A stretch of DNA of 63,009 nt, counting the filler. It is 7 parts of 7 records of this genome, joined end to end, with 100 filler letters (N's around TTAATTAATTAA, not from the genome) between each part and the next. Parts side by side here need not be neighbours in the genome. Positions count along the whole stretch, not along the records: positions 30,037 to 46,764 come from SRR31156797_23509; 6 more parts are not named here. One strand, 5' to 3'. Shown in pieces: positions 31,334 through 41,450 of the stretch (position 1 is its first letter; every line of letters starts with the position of its first letter). The position numbers and the translations under genes are program-made. The notes below the pieces were generated by a model. The model saw nothing but the letters and a program-made list of their open reading frames with translations. It was not told the origin of the DNA and ran no database searches.

Positions 31334-34300
31334 TTCTCTTTTTTCTTTAAATAATCAATAATATCTTTTGATTCGCTATTTTTAATAGCTTGTTCTAGTG
31401 CTACTTCAACACTAGCCCCATATTTAATAAGAAGATTTACAATAGCATCTTCTTCCTCTTTTATCTCTATCTCTTCAGGTAAAAATCCCATTGTTCGATT
31501 AGCTGAAAAATTCATATCTTTGATATAGTATAGAAGTGCAGAGTCTATATTTTTATTGTAGTTCATATCGATTCCATACTCACTAAATAGTTTAAGGTAT
31601 AATTCAAATTCACTTATTGTAAATGTAGTATCTATTAGGAAGTGAATTGCAGTTTTTCCCTCTTTTGAAACAGTGTGGATATCTGCTCCCAGTTCTAGGA
31701 GTGTTTTAATTAAATTTATCTGTTTTAAGGCAATTACACTTGTAAGAATATGATTATCCTCTTTATCAATCACATTTATATTTGCCCCTTTTTCAACAAG
31801 TAGTTTTACTATTTTGATAGTTTTAAACTCATATGTTTCATAGCTAGTTAATACTGAACTTAAAAGGGGTGTTGAACCAAACTCATCAGTCTCATCAATA
31901 TCATATTTTGTGAACTCTAATATTGAAGGAATTATTCCAATATTCCCCACTTCACAAGCTTTATGAAGTAGAGTTCTTCCATCTTCTATTTTAGACTCTT
32001 CAATTCCCGCTTTTATTAACTTATCAAATATTGAGATAGCTTCATTGGTATTGTTTCTATAAATGGTAAAGAAAAGTGCATTTGCATTGTAATTGTCCAC
32101 TTCATTGATAATCAAACTTTTCTCATCTAAAAGTTTATTTATAAAGTGTATTGAGCCTTGGGCAACTGCATACATAAGAGGAGTTACAGAATCGGTATCT
32201 TTTTTATTAACATCAACTTTTAGTTGTAGAAGATGGTCAAATAGTTCCCTTCTATTATCTAAAATAGTTGTAACTAGGGCACTTTTTCTTGTATCAGGGA
32301 TATTATCTAAATCTGCTCCATATTTATGTAGAAGCAGAAGGGTTCTACTCTTTACACTCTCAACACTAAATGGACTATCATAACCACTATTTCCTTGAAC
32401 ACAATAGTTCACAGCAGTTGTATTATCTTTGTTTTTTGCATTTATTTCTGCCCCATTTTCAAGTAAGAATTGGGTACAAATATATGTTCCATAGAAACTT
32501 GAGGCCATCAAGGCTGTTAAGTTATTTGATAGTTCTTCTATATTAGCTCCATACTCTATTAGAACTTTAAGTGTATTTAGTCTCTCTACAGCTTTTACAT
32601 CTCTATTTGTACAAAGGGTTGTATATATTGCATTTACATTTAACCTTCCACCTGTAACACTAATATCAGCCCCCTTATCAAGAAGCCATCTTACAGTTTG
32701 GGCTTTACATACCCAACAAGCTGTTAAAAGTAGGGTTGTTCCATCAATATCAGCATCTTCAATATCAATACCAACTTTTTTGTCAAAGTAGTCTAAATAT
32801 GAGATAATAGTATCATCTGTTACATCTATAGAGCGGTCTATAATATTATGAATAACACTATTTTGAAAAACTACTGTTCTTATTTTAGGGTCTGCACCAT
32901 ACTCAATTAACATATCAAGTATTTTTTCATTTGCTTTATCTTTATTTACTAAAAGTTCAAAAATAGTTGAAGAGTCAATTTTCTCATTTTTGTATACCTC
33001 TTGTATATTTGGATTTGCTCCATTTTGTAGTAAAAACTCTAAAATATCTATATATTTATCTTTTTTATTATACTTCTCATCTTGTATTCTTTTTATACAC
33101 ATTAGAAGTATTGTTGAGGTATATGGCTCTTTATTTCCTAAAATATACTCTCTATTTATATTTGGGTCTCTTTTAATAAGCTCTTTAATAGTACTTAGTT
33201 CAAATCTACTTTCAACCAAATCTAGAATAATCTCTTTGATATTGCAATGGGCTTTCATATTAGGAAAAGAGTCAAGAAGAAGTTTTATTAAGCTCTCTTT
33301 TCTATACTCTATTGCTATTCCTAAGGCTTGGGCACTATCTTTTTGTTTTTTAACTTCGTAAAAATCTTTATACTCATACTCTTCATTTAAATCAATAACT
33401 CTTTTTTGAACGGTTGCTTTTCTTAAATATCTTACTGCGTAGTACACATAGTCATTTTCTTTATCTAAAGGTAGATTTTCATTTAGTATAAACTCAATGC
33501 AGTTTTCTCTTATTTCACATAAAAAGATACTAAACATATCAAGTAGAGTTGGCTCTTCGTCATCTGCTTCAACAAGATAATTTGATTTGGTATTTAAATC
33601 AATACCATTTTTGATACATAGTTTTAGTATTTCAACTACTTTGTTCTCATCATCATTTATTATCTCATCTTCAACTATATAGTTAGCAAGGCTTTTATTA
33701 TCCTTTGTTACAAAATTAACATTTGCATTATGCTCTATAAATAGTGAGAATAGATTTAAGTTATAGCTTTTTATTGCATAGAAGAAGGCACTTTGTTCAC
33801 ATATCTCTATTTTTGCACCAAATTGTAGAAGTAGTTCTGCCAAATCTATAGAGTTTGTCTCTCTTATTAGTTTTGAATAATTTAATAGTGCAGTTGTATT
33901 AAGTTTTTTATCAATCTCATTTACATCTGCCTCTTTTTTTACAGCCATTAAGATTAACTCTTTTTTTTGTTCGATATTTAGTTTTGGATTCTCTATGATA
34001 TTTAGTATTACAAGGGAGTTTTTTAGAGTTTCGCATGAGTTAAAATAGTTGTAAATCTCTTCATATGTAAGAATTGAACAATAATCAATAAAATTTAAAT
34101 CAGTTGATCTTATATAGTTTATAATATCATCTAAATCACCCTTCTCAAAAATAGAGTTTATCTCTGCTTTTATATTTGAAAAATCAGCTCCCAAAAGAAT
34201 AAGCTCTTTTGCAACAACTGCTTGTTTAAGCTCAATAACTAACTCTAAAATGGTTTTTTCATCATCTTTCGTATTTTGATCTAGGGTAATATTTGTTTGT

Positions 34301-34956
34301 TTTTTTAAATCCTTTATTACCTCTATTTTTTTTAAATTATCCAAAGGTGAAAGAATAATATCCTCTAAAATATTTTTTTTATGGTTAAAAATATGGATAT
34401 TTTGTGTATCTAATTTGATTAAATATTGAATTATTTCAAAGTCACTATTAACTTCTAAAGCTCTTTGCAATGCAGTTCTATCTTTATACTCTTCAAGTTG
34501 GGCTCTATTTTTTAAAAGTAGCTGTAAAAATTCTAAACTTACTTTTTTTTCAAGGGCGTAATGAATTAGAGGAATAGTAGATATAAGTCTAGGAAGTATT
34601 ATTTTTTGATTAATAAAGGCTTCTAATATTTTGTAATTATTTATATCTATTAGAAGTTTAGTCACATTATCTGAAACCATTTTTTTTGCAGTATCAACCT
34701 TTGCTCCTATTGAAAAAAGATACTCTACAATATCTTCTTTATCATAAATTACAGCGTAGTGTAGGGCATAGTTTGAAGTTGGTTCTTTTTCATTTACATT
34801 TTGTGAGGTAATTTCTTTTTTTAACTCTTCAAGCTTATTCTCTTTTATTAACTCTTCTATTTTAGAGTTTTTTTTCTTTTTAGAGAAGAAGAATTCACCA
34901 CTTGAACTCTTCTGCTCTTTTTTATTGTTATTTAAAATTTTATCTAGAAATGACAT
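31330..34956 (-). CDS. Giant ankyrin-repeat protein (1208 aa)
   Basis: Many TPL/TAL..A...LL..GA..N repeats, e.g. VTPLMYAV, GRTLLHKAC, GSTPLL, GKTAIH. Confidence 0.9.
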   Translation of the reverse strand: MSFLDKILNNNKKEQKSSSGEFFFSKKKKNSKIEELIKENKLEELKKEITSQNVNEKEPTSNYALHYAVIYDKEDIVEYLFSIGAKVDTAKKMVSDNVTKLLIDINNYKILEAFINQKIILPRLISTIPLIHYALEKKVSLEFLQLLLKNRAQLEEYKDRTALQRALEVNSDFEIIQYLIKLDTQNIHIFNHKKNILEDIILSPLDNLKKIEVIKDLKKQTNITLDQNTKDDEKTILELVIELKQAVVAKELILLGADFSNIKAEINSIFEKGDLDDIINYIRSTDLNFIDYCSILTYEEIYNYFNSCETLKNSLVILNIIENPKLNIEQKKELILMAVKKEADVNEIDKKLNTTALLNYSKLIRETNSIDLAELLLQFGAKIEICEQSAFFYAIKSYNLNLFSLFIEHNANVNFVTKDNKSLANYIVEDEIINDDENKVVEILKLCIKNGIDLNTKSNYLVEADDEEPTLLDMFSIFLCEIRENCIEFILNENLPLDKENDYVYYAVRYLRKATVQKRVIDLNEEYEYKDFYEVKKQKDSAQALGIAIEYRKESLIKLLLDSFPNMKAHCNIKEIILDLVESRFELSTIKELIKRDPNINREYILGNKEPYTSTILLMCIKRIQDEKYNKKDKYIDILEFLLQNGANPNIQEVYKNEKIDSSTIFELLVNKDKANEKILDMLIEYGADPKIRTVVFQNSVIHNIIDRSIDVTDDTIISYLDYFDKKVGIDIEDADIDGTTLLLTACWVCKAQTVRWLLDKGADISVTGGRLNVNAIYTTLCTNRDVKAVERLNTLKVLIEYGANIEELSNNLTALMASSFYGTYICTQFLLENGAEINAKNKDNTTAVNYCVQGNSGYDSPFSVESVKSRTLLLLHKYGADLDNIPDTRKSALVTTILDNRRELFDHLLQLKVDVNKKDTDSVTPLMYAVAQGSIHFINKLLDEKSLIINEVDNYNANALFFTIYRNNTNEAISIFDKLIKAGIEESKIEDGRTLLHKACEVGNIGIIPSILEFTKYDIDETDEFGSTPLLSSVLTSYETYEFKTIKIVKLLVEKGANINVIDKEDNHILTSVIALKQINLIKTLLELGADIHTVSKEGKTAIHFLIDTTFTISEFELYLKLFSEYGIDMNYNKNIDSALLYYIKDMNFSANRTMGFLPEEIEIKEEEDAIVNLLIKYGASVEVALEQAIKNSESKDIIDYLKKKEN

Positions 34957-37900
34957 TAGAAAGACTCCATAAATGAGTTTAAATATGAATCCTCTCCATA
35001 CTCTTTGGCAATTGATTTGGCCTCTTCTATATTTGCACCATTTGAAATCATTTTTGTAAAGAAGTACTCAAAAAACTCAGTATTAGATTCATAAACATTT
35101 TCAAAATAGTTTTGAAGTAGTAGAGCCATAGGTGAATCACCATTTGAATCTTTTTGGTTGATATCTAGGGCATTTTCTAAACCAACTAAATATTCAAAGA
35201 CTAAATCATAGTGGTTAATAGCACAATGGTGAAGTAGATTTCTACCATTATTATCTATAGCATCTTGTTTATTAGCCCCTAAAGAGATTAAAATTTTAAT
35301 AGCTTCAAGTCTTTGCTCTTGAGGAATATTAAGATTAGATTGTAAAGTCCAAGATAATGCACTAAGACCAAAACTATCTTTTGTATTGATATCCTCAACA
35401 AAATTAAGAAGATACTCAAAAAGATTGTAGTGGCAAAAATATGAAGCAAAAATAAGAGGATTCATTCCATTTTCAAGATTTTTAAAAGGAACACCATTCT
35501 CTTTAAGATAATCAATCAAATCAATAAGATTAGAATCATTATCCCTTTTAATAGCTTTGTAAATAAGATTTTCACCATTGCTGTCTTCAACAAGAAGATT
35601 AATATTTTCATTTTGAAGAAGAGTATTAGCAAAATATAAATCACTAAACTCAATTGCAACCATAATAGGAGTAACACCATTTCTATCAGCAGTGTTAATA
35701 TCAATTTCAAGTTGTAAAAGAGTATTAAATATAGTTTTAAAGTTGTAACCAATAGCATTGTTTAGAATAGTAGAGCCTTCAAGAGGAACATTATCTAAAT
35801 CGCAAGCATAATCCTTTAGAACTGCTAGGATTTTTGATTTGTTCTCCTGAAAGTTCTCTTTGTCATCATAACTATAATTTTTACTATGAAAATCACTTGG
35901 TATCATAATATTAGCTGCATTACAAGCAGACTCATTTTTGCTATTAGCATTAGCACCATTTTCTAAAAGGGTAACTAAAGCTTCAAAGCAACCATATTTA
36001 GCAGCACTCATCACAGGAGTTAGTTGTTCAGAGTCAAGTTGTTCTAAATCAACTCCCGCATCAATTAATACTTTTACAGTCTGGGCTCTTTTTGTTTTAT
36101 TTAGGTGTGGATAGTTAGAGATTGCCTTATGAATAGCAGGAGAGTTATCAAAACCTCCCACAAGATGAACATCACTTCCTAACTCAATTAGAAACTTTAG
36201 ACATTTTGGTAAGCATTCTGTTGAAGCTTTTAGAAGTAGGGTGTCCCCTTGGGTATTTTGTTGTTCTACATCTATTTTGCATTTTTTACTGAAAAGTTTT
36301 AGATGTTTTAAAATAGCTTCATCACTTAAGCCTCTAACCCCTAAGCATGAGCAAATTATAGATTCATTTCGTCCACCTCTTTGCTCATTTAAATCAATAT
36401 TTCCCTTATCAATTAGAATATTAAGTAAGTTTTCCTCAAAACTCTCTTCAAAAGCATATAAAAGTGGCTGCTCTTCTTTTATTGCTGCGTTTCCTAAGTT
36501 TGTCTTAATAAGAGGAATATTTGCCTCTGCACTATTTTCTAATAAACAATCCACAAGTGGAGTTATTATCTTTGTTGAAATATTTCCCAGACAAGCTAAA
36601 ACGGCAATCAAAGAGGTCTCTTTTGTTGTGATTTTCTCTTCTGTCGAGGGATTTGTTTTAGTGCAATAATATGCTCTATTTAAATCTGGATCTTTCTCTA
36701 TTAATCTTTTTATAAACTCAACACTAAAGTTGTTTGAAAGAGCCATCTCTATTAGTGATCTATGTTCTGTATATGTTTTCATATTTGGGTAGTTATCTAG
36801 CAGATATTGTGCGAGTTCTTTTCTCTCCCAATTTATTGCCATATCCAAAGCTTGAGCACTATAGTGGTATTTTTTTTCATCAATCTCTACAGAATAATAA
36901 AAATCACTTGTATAGTTTGGATTTTTTTCAATTAGAAGTTTGCATAACCCATCATTTGCTTTTTTTGCAAACATAAAACTAATTTGATCACCTAGCTCTA
37001 CCTCTTTATATGTTTTAAGAATATACTCCAAAAAAGGATGGTTATTCTCATCATTTAAAAGTAAATCTATTATTGAGCTTGTAGGTGATGTATTATTACT
37101 ATTTGCTGCAACTTTCTGGTTTATATCTAAGCCTAGTTCCATTAGAACTTTAAGCATTTTGATTTTATCTTCAATAGTTTGTAAAAATCTAAAACCAACA
37201 AGACCACTAATTGCTCCACGACCATCTTTATTTATCTCATTTATATCTATATTTTTATCATTTACTAAATGTCTTGTAAGGGGTATTTGATTTAAAAATA
37301 CACTATTTGCAATTGAAGAGTTATCACCAAAGTTATAAATTGCTCCATTATCAAATAGAAAATCGATAAAAGAGAAATCTTCTCCTACTATATAACTTCT
37401 ACAATAGTATTGTAGAACTGTTAAATGCTCTGTATCGTTGTTTTGTTCATTTATATCACAACCTTTATCTAAAGCAATTTTACAAAGCTCTATTTTCTCA
37501 CTATTTTCAATTAGTACATTTTCACATATCAAGGTTAGCATTTGCATATTTTTAAGATCTTCAAATTTGAAAAAGAGTTTTTTAAAATCCTCAAAGGTTA
37601 AAAAAGTTGAAAAATATCTATAATCTTTTAGTGGTTGTTTTTCCAATAAAAGATTTGACATCTTTGCTATTTCTTTTTCTGTTAAAAAAATCTCTTTATA
37701 AAACCTATGGATTGTTTTTATTGAGGCCCCATAAGATAGAAATAGTTCGATTAGATATTTGTTTTGAGTATCATAGGCTTTTTCTAAAAGAGATTTTTGC
37801 CCATCAATCTCTTCATTTAAATCAATATCTTTAGTTTTTAAAAGATAGGTTATTATGTCAATTTTTAATTGGTATGTTATATTCTCATCTTCAACTAGTT

Positions 37901-38333
37901 GATGTAAAATAGGTAGTTTTGATACGCTATTTTTTAAAATATCATTATCAATTAATAGTTTAAATATTTTTAAATCTGCTTTTATATCTAAGGCAGTTTC
38001 AAAGGGACTTAATCCATATTTATACTCTTTTGTAAATGCATCATTCTTTATTATATATGTAATAACATCTAAATTTGAAGTCTCATTTAAGCAGTAAGAC
38101 AAAATGTTTAGATTATCTATATTGTTGGGAATAGGTGAATTTAAACCTAAAATATATTCTAAAAAACTTTTATTTTCGCTTTTTATTCCTAAGTGTAAGA
38201 AATTATTAATATTTTTTTTTATGCTGATATTATTTTTGTCTAAATATTTTATAGTCTTTTTTATTTTTCCTTTTAATATTAATGATTCTAAATCTCCATT
38301 ATTATTAAAAGAGAAGAAATTTTTTAATTGCAT
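34956..38333 (-). CDS. Giant ankyrin-repeat protein (1125 aa), paralog of its neighbour
   Basis: GDTLLLKA, LTPVMSAA, GVTPIMVA, GRNLLHHCA; 1-nt stop/start overlap with the next gene. Confidence 0.9.
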   Translation of the reverse strand: MQLKNFFSFNNNGDLESLILKGKIKKTIKYLDKNNISIKKNINNFLHLGIKSENKSFLEYILGLNSPIPNNIDNLNILSYCLNETSNLDVITYIIKNDAFTKEYKYGLSPFETALDIKADLKIFKLLIDNDILKNSVSKLPILHQLVEDENITYQLKIDIITYLLKTKDIDLNEEIDGQKSLLEKAYDTQNKYLIELFLSYGASIKTIHRFYKEIFLTEKEIAKMSNLLLEKQPLKDYRYFSTFLTFEDFKKLFFKFEDLKNMQMLTLICENVLIENSEKIELCKIALDKGCDINEQNNDTEHLTVLQYYCRSYIVGEDFSFIDFLFDNGAIYNFGDNSSIANSVFLNQIPLTRHLVNDKNIDINEINKDGRGAISGLVGFRFLQTIEDKIKMLKVLMELGLDINQKVAANSNNTSPTSSIIDLLLNDENNHPFLEYILKTYKEVELGDQISFMFAKKANDGLCKLLIEKNPNYTSDFYYSVEIDEKKYHYSAQALDMAINWERKELAQYLLDNYPNMKTYTEHRSLIEMALSNNFSVEFIKRLIEKDPDLNRAYYCTKTNPSTEEKITTKETSLIAVLACLGNISTKIITPLVDCLLENSAEANIPLIKTNLGNAAIKEEQPLLYAFEESFEENLLNILIDKGNIDLNEQRGGRNESIICSCLGVRGLSDEAILKHLKLFSKKCKIDVEQQNTQGDTLLLKASTECLPKCLKFLIELGSDVHLVGGFDNSPAIHKAISNYPHLNKTKRAQTVKVLIDAGVDLEQLDSEQLTPVMSAAKYGCFEALVTLLENGANANSKNESACNAANIMIPSDFHSKNYSYDDKENFQENKSKILAVLKDYACDLDNVPLEGSTILNNAIGYNFKTIFNTLLQLEIDINTADRNGVTPIMVAIEFSDLYFANTLLQNENINLLVEDSNGENLIYKAIKRDNDSNLIDLIDYLKENGVPFKNLENGMNPLIFASYFCHYNLFEYLLNFVEDINTKDSFGLSALSWTLQSNLNIPQEQRLEAIKILISLGANKQDAIDNNGRNLLHHCAINHYDLVFEYLVGLENALDINQKDSNGDSPMALLLQNYFENVYESNTEFFEYFFTKMISNGANIEEAKSIAKEYGEDSYLNSFMESF

Positions 38334-38758
38334 TTTGTGACCTTTAAAAAGTGAGATTATAGCTAAAAATAATATTAAAAGCTAATAAATAATATTTTAA
38401 ATGGATATATTGACAAAAATTGATAACATTTTTTTTCTTATTTTTCAGTAAGTTTTTTATAATTTGCTATATTTCCACCCAATTTCGCTTGTAGAATTAA
38501 AAGGTTTAATTATTTTTTATATGATAAACAATTTCTGTACCTACTACTAGTATGTTATTTGTAAAGCATTTGGTTATAATAAAAAAGAGTGTAAAACATA
38601 AGCTATTGAAGTTAGTATGTGAAATTTAGGATGAACGCTTATATTAATGATGAAATATTTTTCCTCCGTGAGTGTATTAACTGGAGTAATAATATTATAG
38701 GGCACAGTATATTTGGTTCTATTGATACTGGATATGGGCAAAATAAAAGGATTGATTT

Positions 38759-39553
38759 ATGAAGTTTGAAGATATAGATTTTAATGAAATGTATATGGAA
38801 CAAAAGAAAAAGACTACTTTTAAACCTAAAAGTAGTGATGATTGGAATAATAAAGCACTTTCTATGAATGAAAGAGTCCACTCTTCAATTTACAATGATG
38901 AGTTTTTAGATAGATTGAATTTAGATAAAATTAACTCTTTACTTGATGTAGGTTGCGGTGTTGGAAATTTATCTTTGAAATTAGCAAAAAAATTAAATAG
39001 TGTTTATTCTTTGGATTACTCTTCTAAAATGTTAGAGTTACTAAATGAAAATGCAAAACAACAAAATATAAAAAATATTACTACAATAAATAAATCTTGG
39101 TATGATAATTGGGATGATATCCCAAATGCTGACCTAGTTATAGCTTCAAGATCTTTAGAAGTTGAAAACATGAAAGAAGCATTGGTTAAGCTAAATGAAA
39201 AAGCAAACAAAAAAGTTGTACTATCTTTTAAAGTAGGGGGCTCATTTCTATCAGATGAAATCTTAGATGTATTACAAAATGATATTGTAAAAAAGCCTGA
39301 TTACATCTATTTGTTAAATATTCTTTATCAAATGGGAATCCATGCAAAATTAGATTTTATTAAAAGTGAAGGCAAAAGATTAAATAAAGGTTCTTTTGGT
39401 GATTTTGTAGATTCTATAACTTGGAGTATCGGAAGTTTAAAAGCAGATGATATTCAAAACTTATGTACTTACTACAATGAAGTATTATCTAAAAATGAGC
39501 CTAAAGATGAAGAGATTATTTGGGCAATAATCTCTTGGGATAAGAAGGATTAA
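38759..39553 (+). CDS. Class I SAM-dependent methyltransferase
   Basis: LLDVGCGVG, LDYSSKML, DLVIASRS. Confidence 0.9.
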   Translation: MKFEDIDFNEMYMEQKKKTTFKPKSSDDWNNKALSMNERVHSSIYNDEFLDRLNLDKINSLLDVGCGVGNLSLKLAKKLNSVYSLDYSSKMLELLNENAKQQNIKNITTINKSWYDNWDDIPNADLVIASRSLEVENMKEALVKLNEKANKKVVLSFKVGGSFLSDEILDVLQNDIVKKPDYIYLLNILYQMGIHAKLDFIKSEGKRLNKGSFGDFVDSITWSIGSLKADDIQNLCTYYNEVLSKNEPKDEEIIWAIISWDKKD

Positions 39554-40449
39554 ACCTTCTTAAGCCTATTTTTTCTGAATTTTTTAGGTGAGAATTCACT
39601 AACAAATACACCAAATAAGATAATAGCTGATGCAAGAATCTCAACATAAGTAATTTTTTCATCTAAAATAACATTTGCTAAAATCAATGCAAAAATAGGG
39701 ATTAAGTATATAAATACAACCGCTTTTGATGCTTCAATTTTTGTTAATGCATAGTTATATAATCCATAACCAACCAAAGTTACTACAATACCTAAATAAA
39801 ATAAAGCAAATACAGAATTAAATGTAAAATTTAAATCGATTGAGCCTAACTCATAGATAAAGAATGGTAAAAAGAATATAGCTCCTATAAATACTTGAAA
39901 AGCAGTAATAAATAATGCAGAAAACTCTTTTGTTAAATATCTTGCAACAAGAGTATATCCTGCACCACAAACCATCGCTAAAAATTCAAATATATTTCCT
40001 AAAATAGGGTTTGGCGCAATATCTGAAGCTGTTGCTTGTGAACTTAATATTACTGCTCCTGTTAAAGCTATAATAGAACCTAAAATTAATCTTTTTGTGA
40101 TTTTTTCTTTTAAGAAAAAACCTGCACCAACTCCAACAATTATAGGAAGTAGTGAAGTAATCATCCCTGCTTGTGAAACAGTAGTATTTTGTAAAGCTTT
40201 TGCTTCAAAAATAAAATATAAACAAGGTTCAAAAAAAGCTAAAAGCAATAATAATTGAATATTCTTTTTTGTAAAATTAAATTTTAAAAAGTCTTTAATA
40301 AAATATACAAAACATAATGAGGCTATAACCATTCTAAAAAAGATAACAGTTAATGGTCCTAAGTCTAACATTGCTATTTTTAATGCAATAAATGAGCTAC
40401 CCCAAATAAACATTGCAAGCGTTAGTAATAAAGCTCCGACTAAATTCAT
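39550..40449 (-). CDS. EamA/DMT family transporter
   Basis: IWGSSFIA, two EamA repeats, about ten TM segments. Confidence 0.92.
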   Translation of the reverse strand: MNLVGALLLTLAMFIWGSSFIALKIAMLDLGPLTVIFFRMVIASLCFVYFIKDFLKFNFTKKNIQLLLLLAFFEPCLYFIFEAKALQNTTVSQAGMITSLLPIIVGVGAGFFLKEKITKRLILGSIIALTGAVILSSQATASDIAPNPILGNIFEFLAMVCGAGYTLVARYLTKEFSALFITAFQVFIGAIFFLPFFIYELGSIDLNFTFNSVFALFYLGIVVTLVGYGLYNYALTKIEASKAVVFIYLIPIFALILANVILDEKITYVEILASAIILFGVFVSEFSPKKFRKNRLKKV

Positions 40450-40464
40450 TAATACTCTTTATTT

Positions 40465-41235
40465 TTAATTTTTGTTAAATCTAACAGACATACAAGTAAG
40501 TCCCGCTTCTGCTTTAACAAACTCACTTATATCAACACTATCAGTTTTGTATCCCAATGAATTTACAAGTTCTAAAGAGTTAGGAAATGCTTGATTCATA
40601 CAAATAGTATCGTTGATTTTCATTATATTTGCACCAAAAGGTTCCTCTTTTGGAACTTCTACTAGCTTGTAGTCTTTTTCAAAAACTTTTTTATCAACCC
40701 AGTTTGAATTGATCAAAATAGTATTTTCATCTAATGCTGTACATCCTGTTTTTAGATGTAAACATCCGAAAACTTCAACAGGAAAAACCTCATATCCAAA
40801 AGGTGAAACAATACTTTCTAAATCTTTAATAGCTTCAATATTTGTTCTTTTTGAAACTCCCACATAAAGTTTTTTACCAATTTGAAGTAAATCTCCACCT
40901 TCTATTTTAGAAGGAAGTTTAATCTCTTTTATCTTTTTAATTTTTGAAAAATAGTTTTTTAATGCAGCGCTTTCTTTTCTTCTTGATTCTACACCCATAG
41001 AAGTAAGTATTGCAATCTCATCTAAAACTATAATAGGGTCTTCAACAAAAACAGAATCTGCTAAGTCTAAATTTTCTTCAAGTGTGATAACTTTAGAACC
41101 ACATCTTTTAATCATTTCACAATAAGCATTGTGTTGTTCATAAGCTTTTTCCATATCAATTTTTTCATTTTCTAAAAAAGTTAATTCACAGTTTTGTAAA
41201 TTGTATGATGGCTTATGTGTTAAAACAGTTAACAT
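40465..41235 (-). CDS. Dimethylarginine dimethylaminohydrolase family (amidinotransferase fold)
   Basis: DSVFVED, EGGD, LHLKTG, AGLTCMS (Cys/His/acidic catalytic set). Confidence 0.9.
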   Translation of the reverse strand: MLTVLTHKPSYNLQNCELTFLENEKIDMEKAYEQHNAYCEMIKRCGSKVITLEENLDLADSVFVEDPIIVLDEIAILTSMGVESRRKESAALKNYFSKIKKIKEIKLPSKIEGGDLLQIGKKLYVGVSKRTNIEAIKDLESIVSPFGYEVFPVEVFGCLHLKTGCTALDENTILINSNWVDKKVFEKDYKLVEVPKEEPFGANIMKINDTICMNQAFPNSLELVNSLGYKTDSVDISEFVKAEAGLTCMSVRFNKN

Positions 41236-41376
41236 CTTTTTATCCTTAATAAATTACTATCAAGCTATATAATATATCTCTTAAAGTTAGGGGCAAAATT
41301 ATATACCTCCTTAGCTAAAAAGATTATTTTGTATGATAAAAAAATAAAATATAATTTTTTTGATTAGTTTTTAATG

Positions 41377-41392
41377 TTAAGTAGAGTATAAT
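41377..41392 (+). promoter_or_regulatory. Campylobacterota sigma70-type promoter with no downstream plus-strand gene
   Basis: TTAAGT-N4-TATAAT with upstream T-tracts. Confidence 0.5.
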
Positions 41393-41412
41393 TTTTCTTG
41401 CTTTTTTATTTT

Positions 41413-41446
41413 AAGCCACTAAAGTTTTACTTTGGTGGCTTTTTTT
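41413..41446 (+). terminator. Intrinsic terminator with plus-strand U-run
   Basis: AAGCCACTAAAG-tttta-CTTTGGTGGCTTTTTTT. Confidence 0.75.
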
Positions 41447-41450
41447 ATGT

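Noticed and set aside
35516-35758. Leu/Ile-rich 80-aa ORF inside an ankyrin gene
   Set aside because: Out-of-frame by-product of T-ending codons in the host gene.
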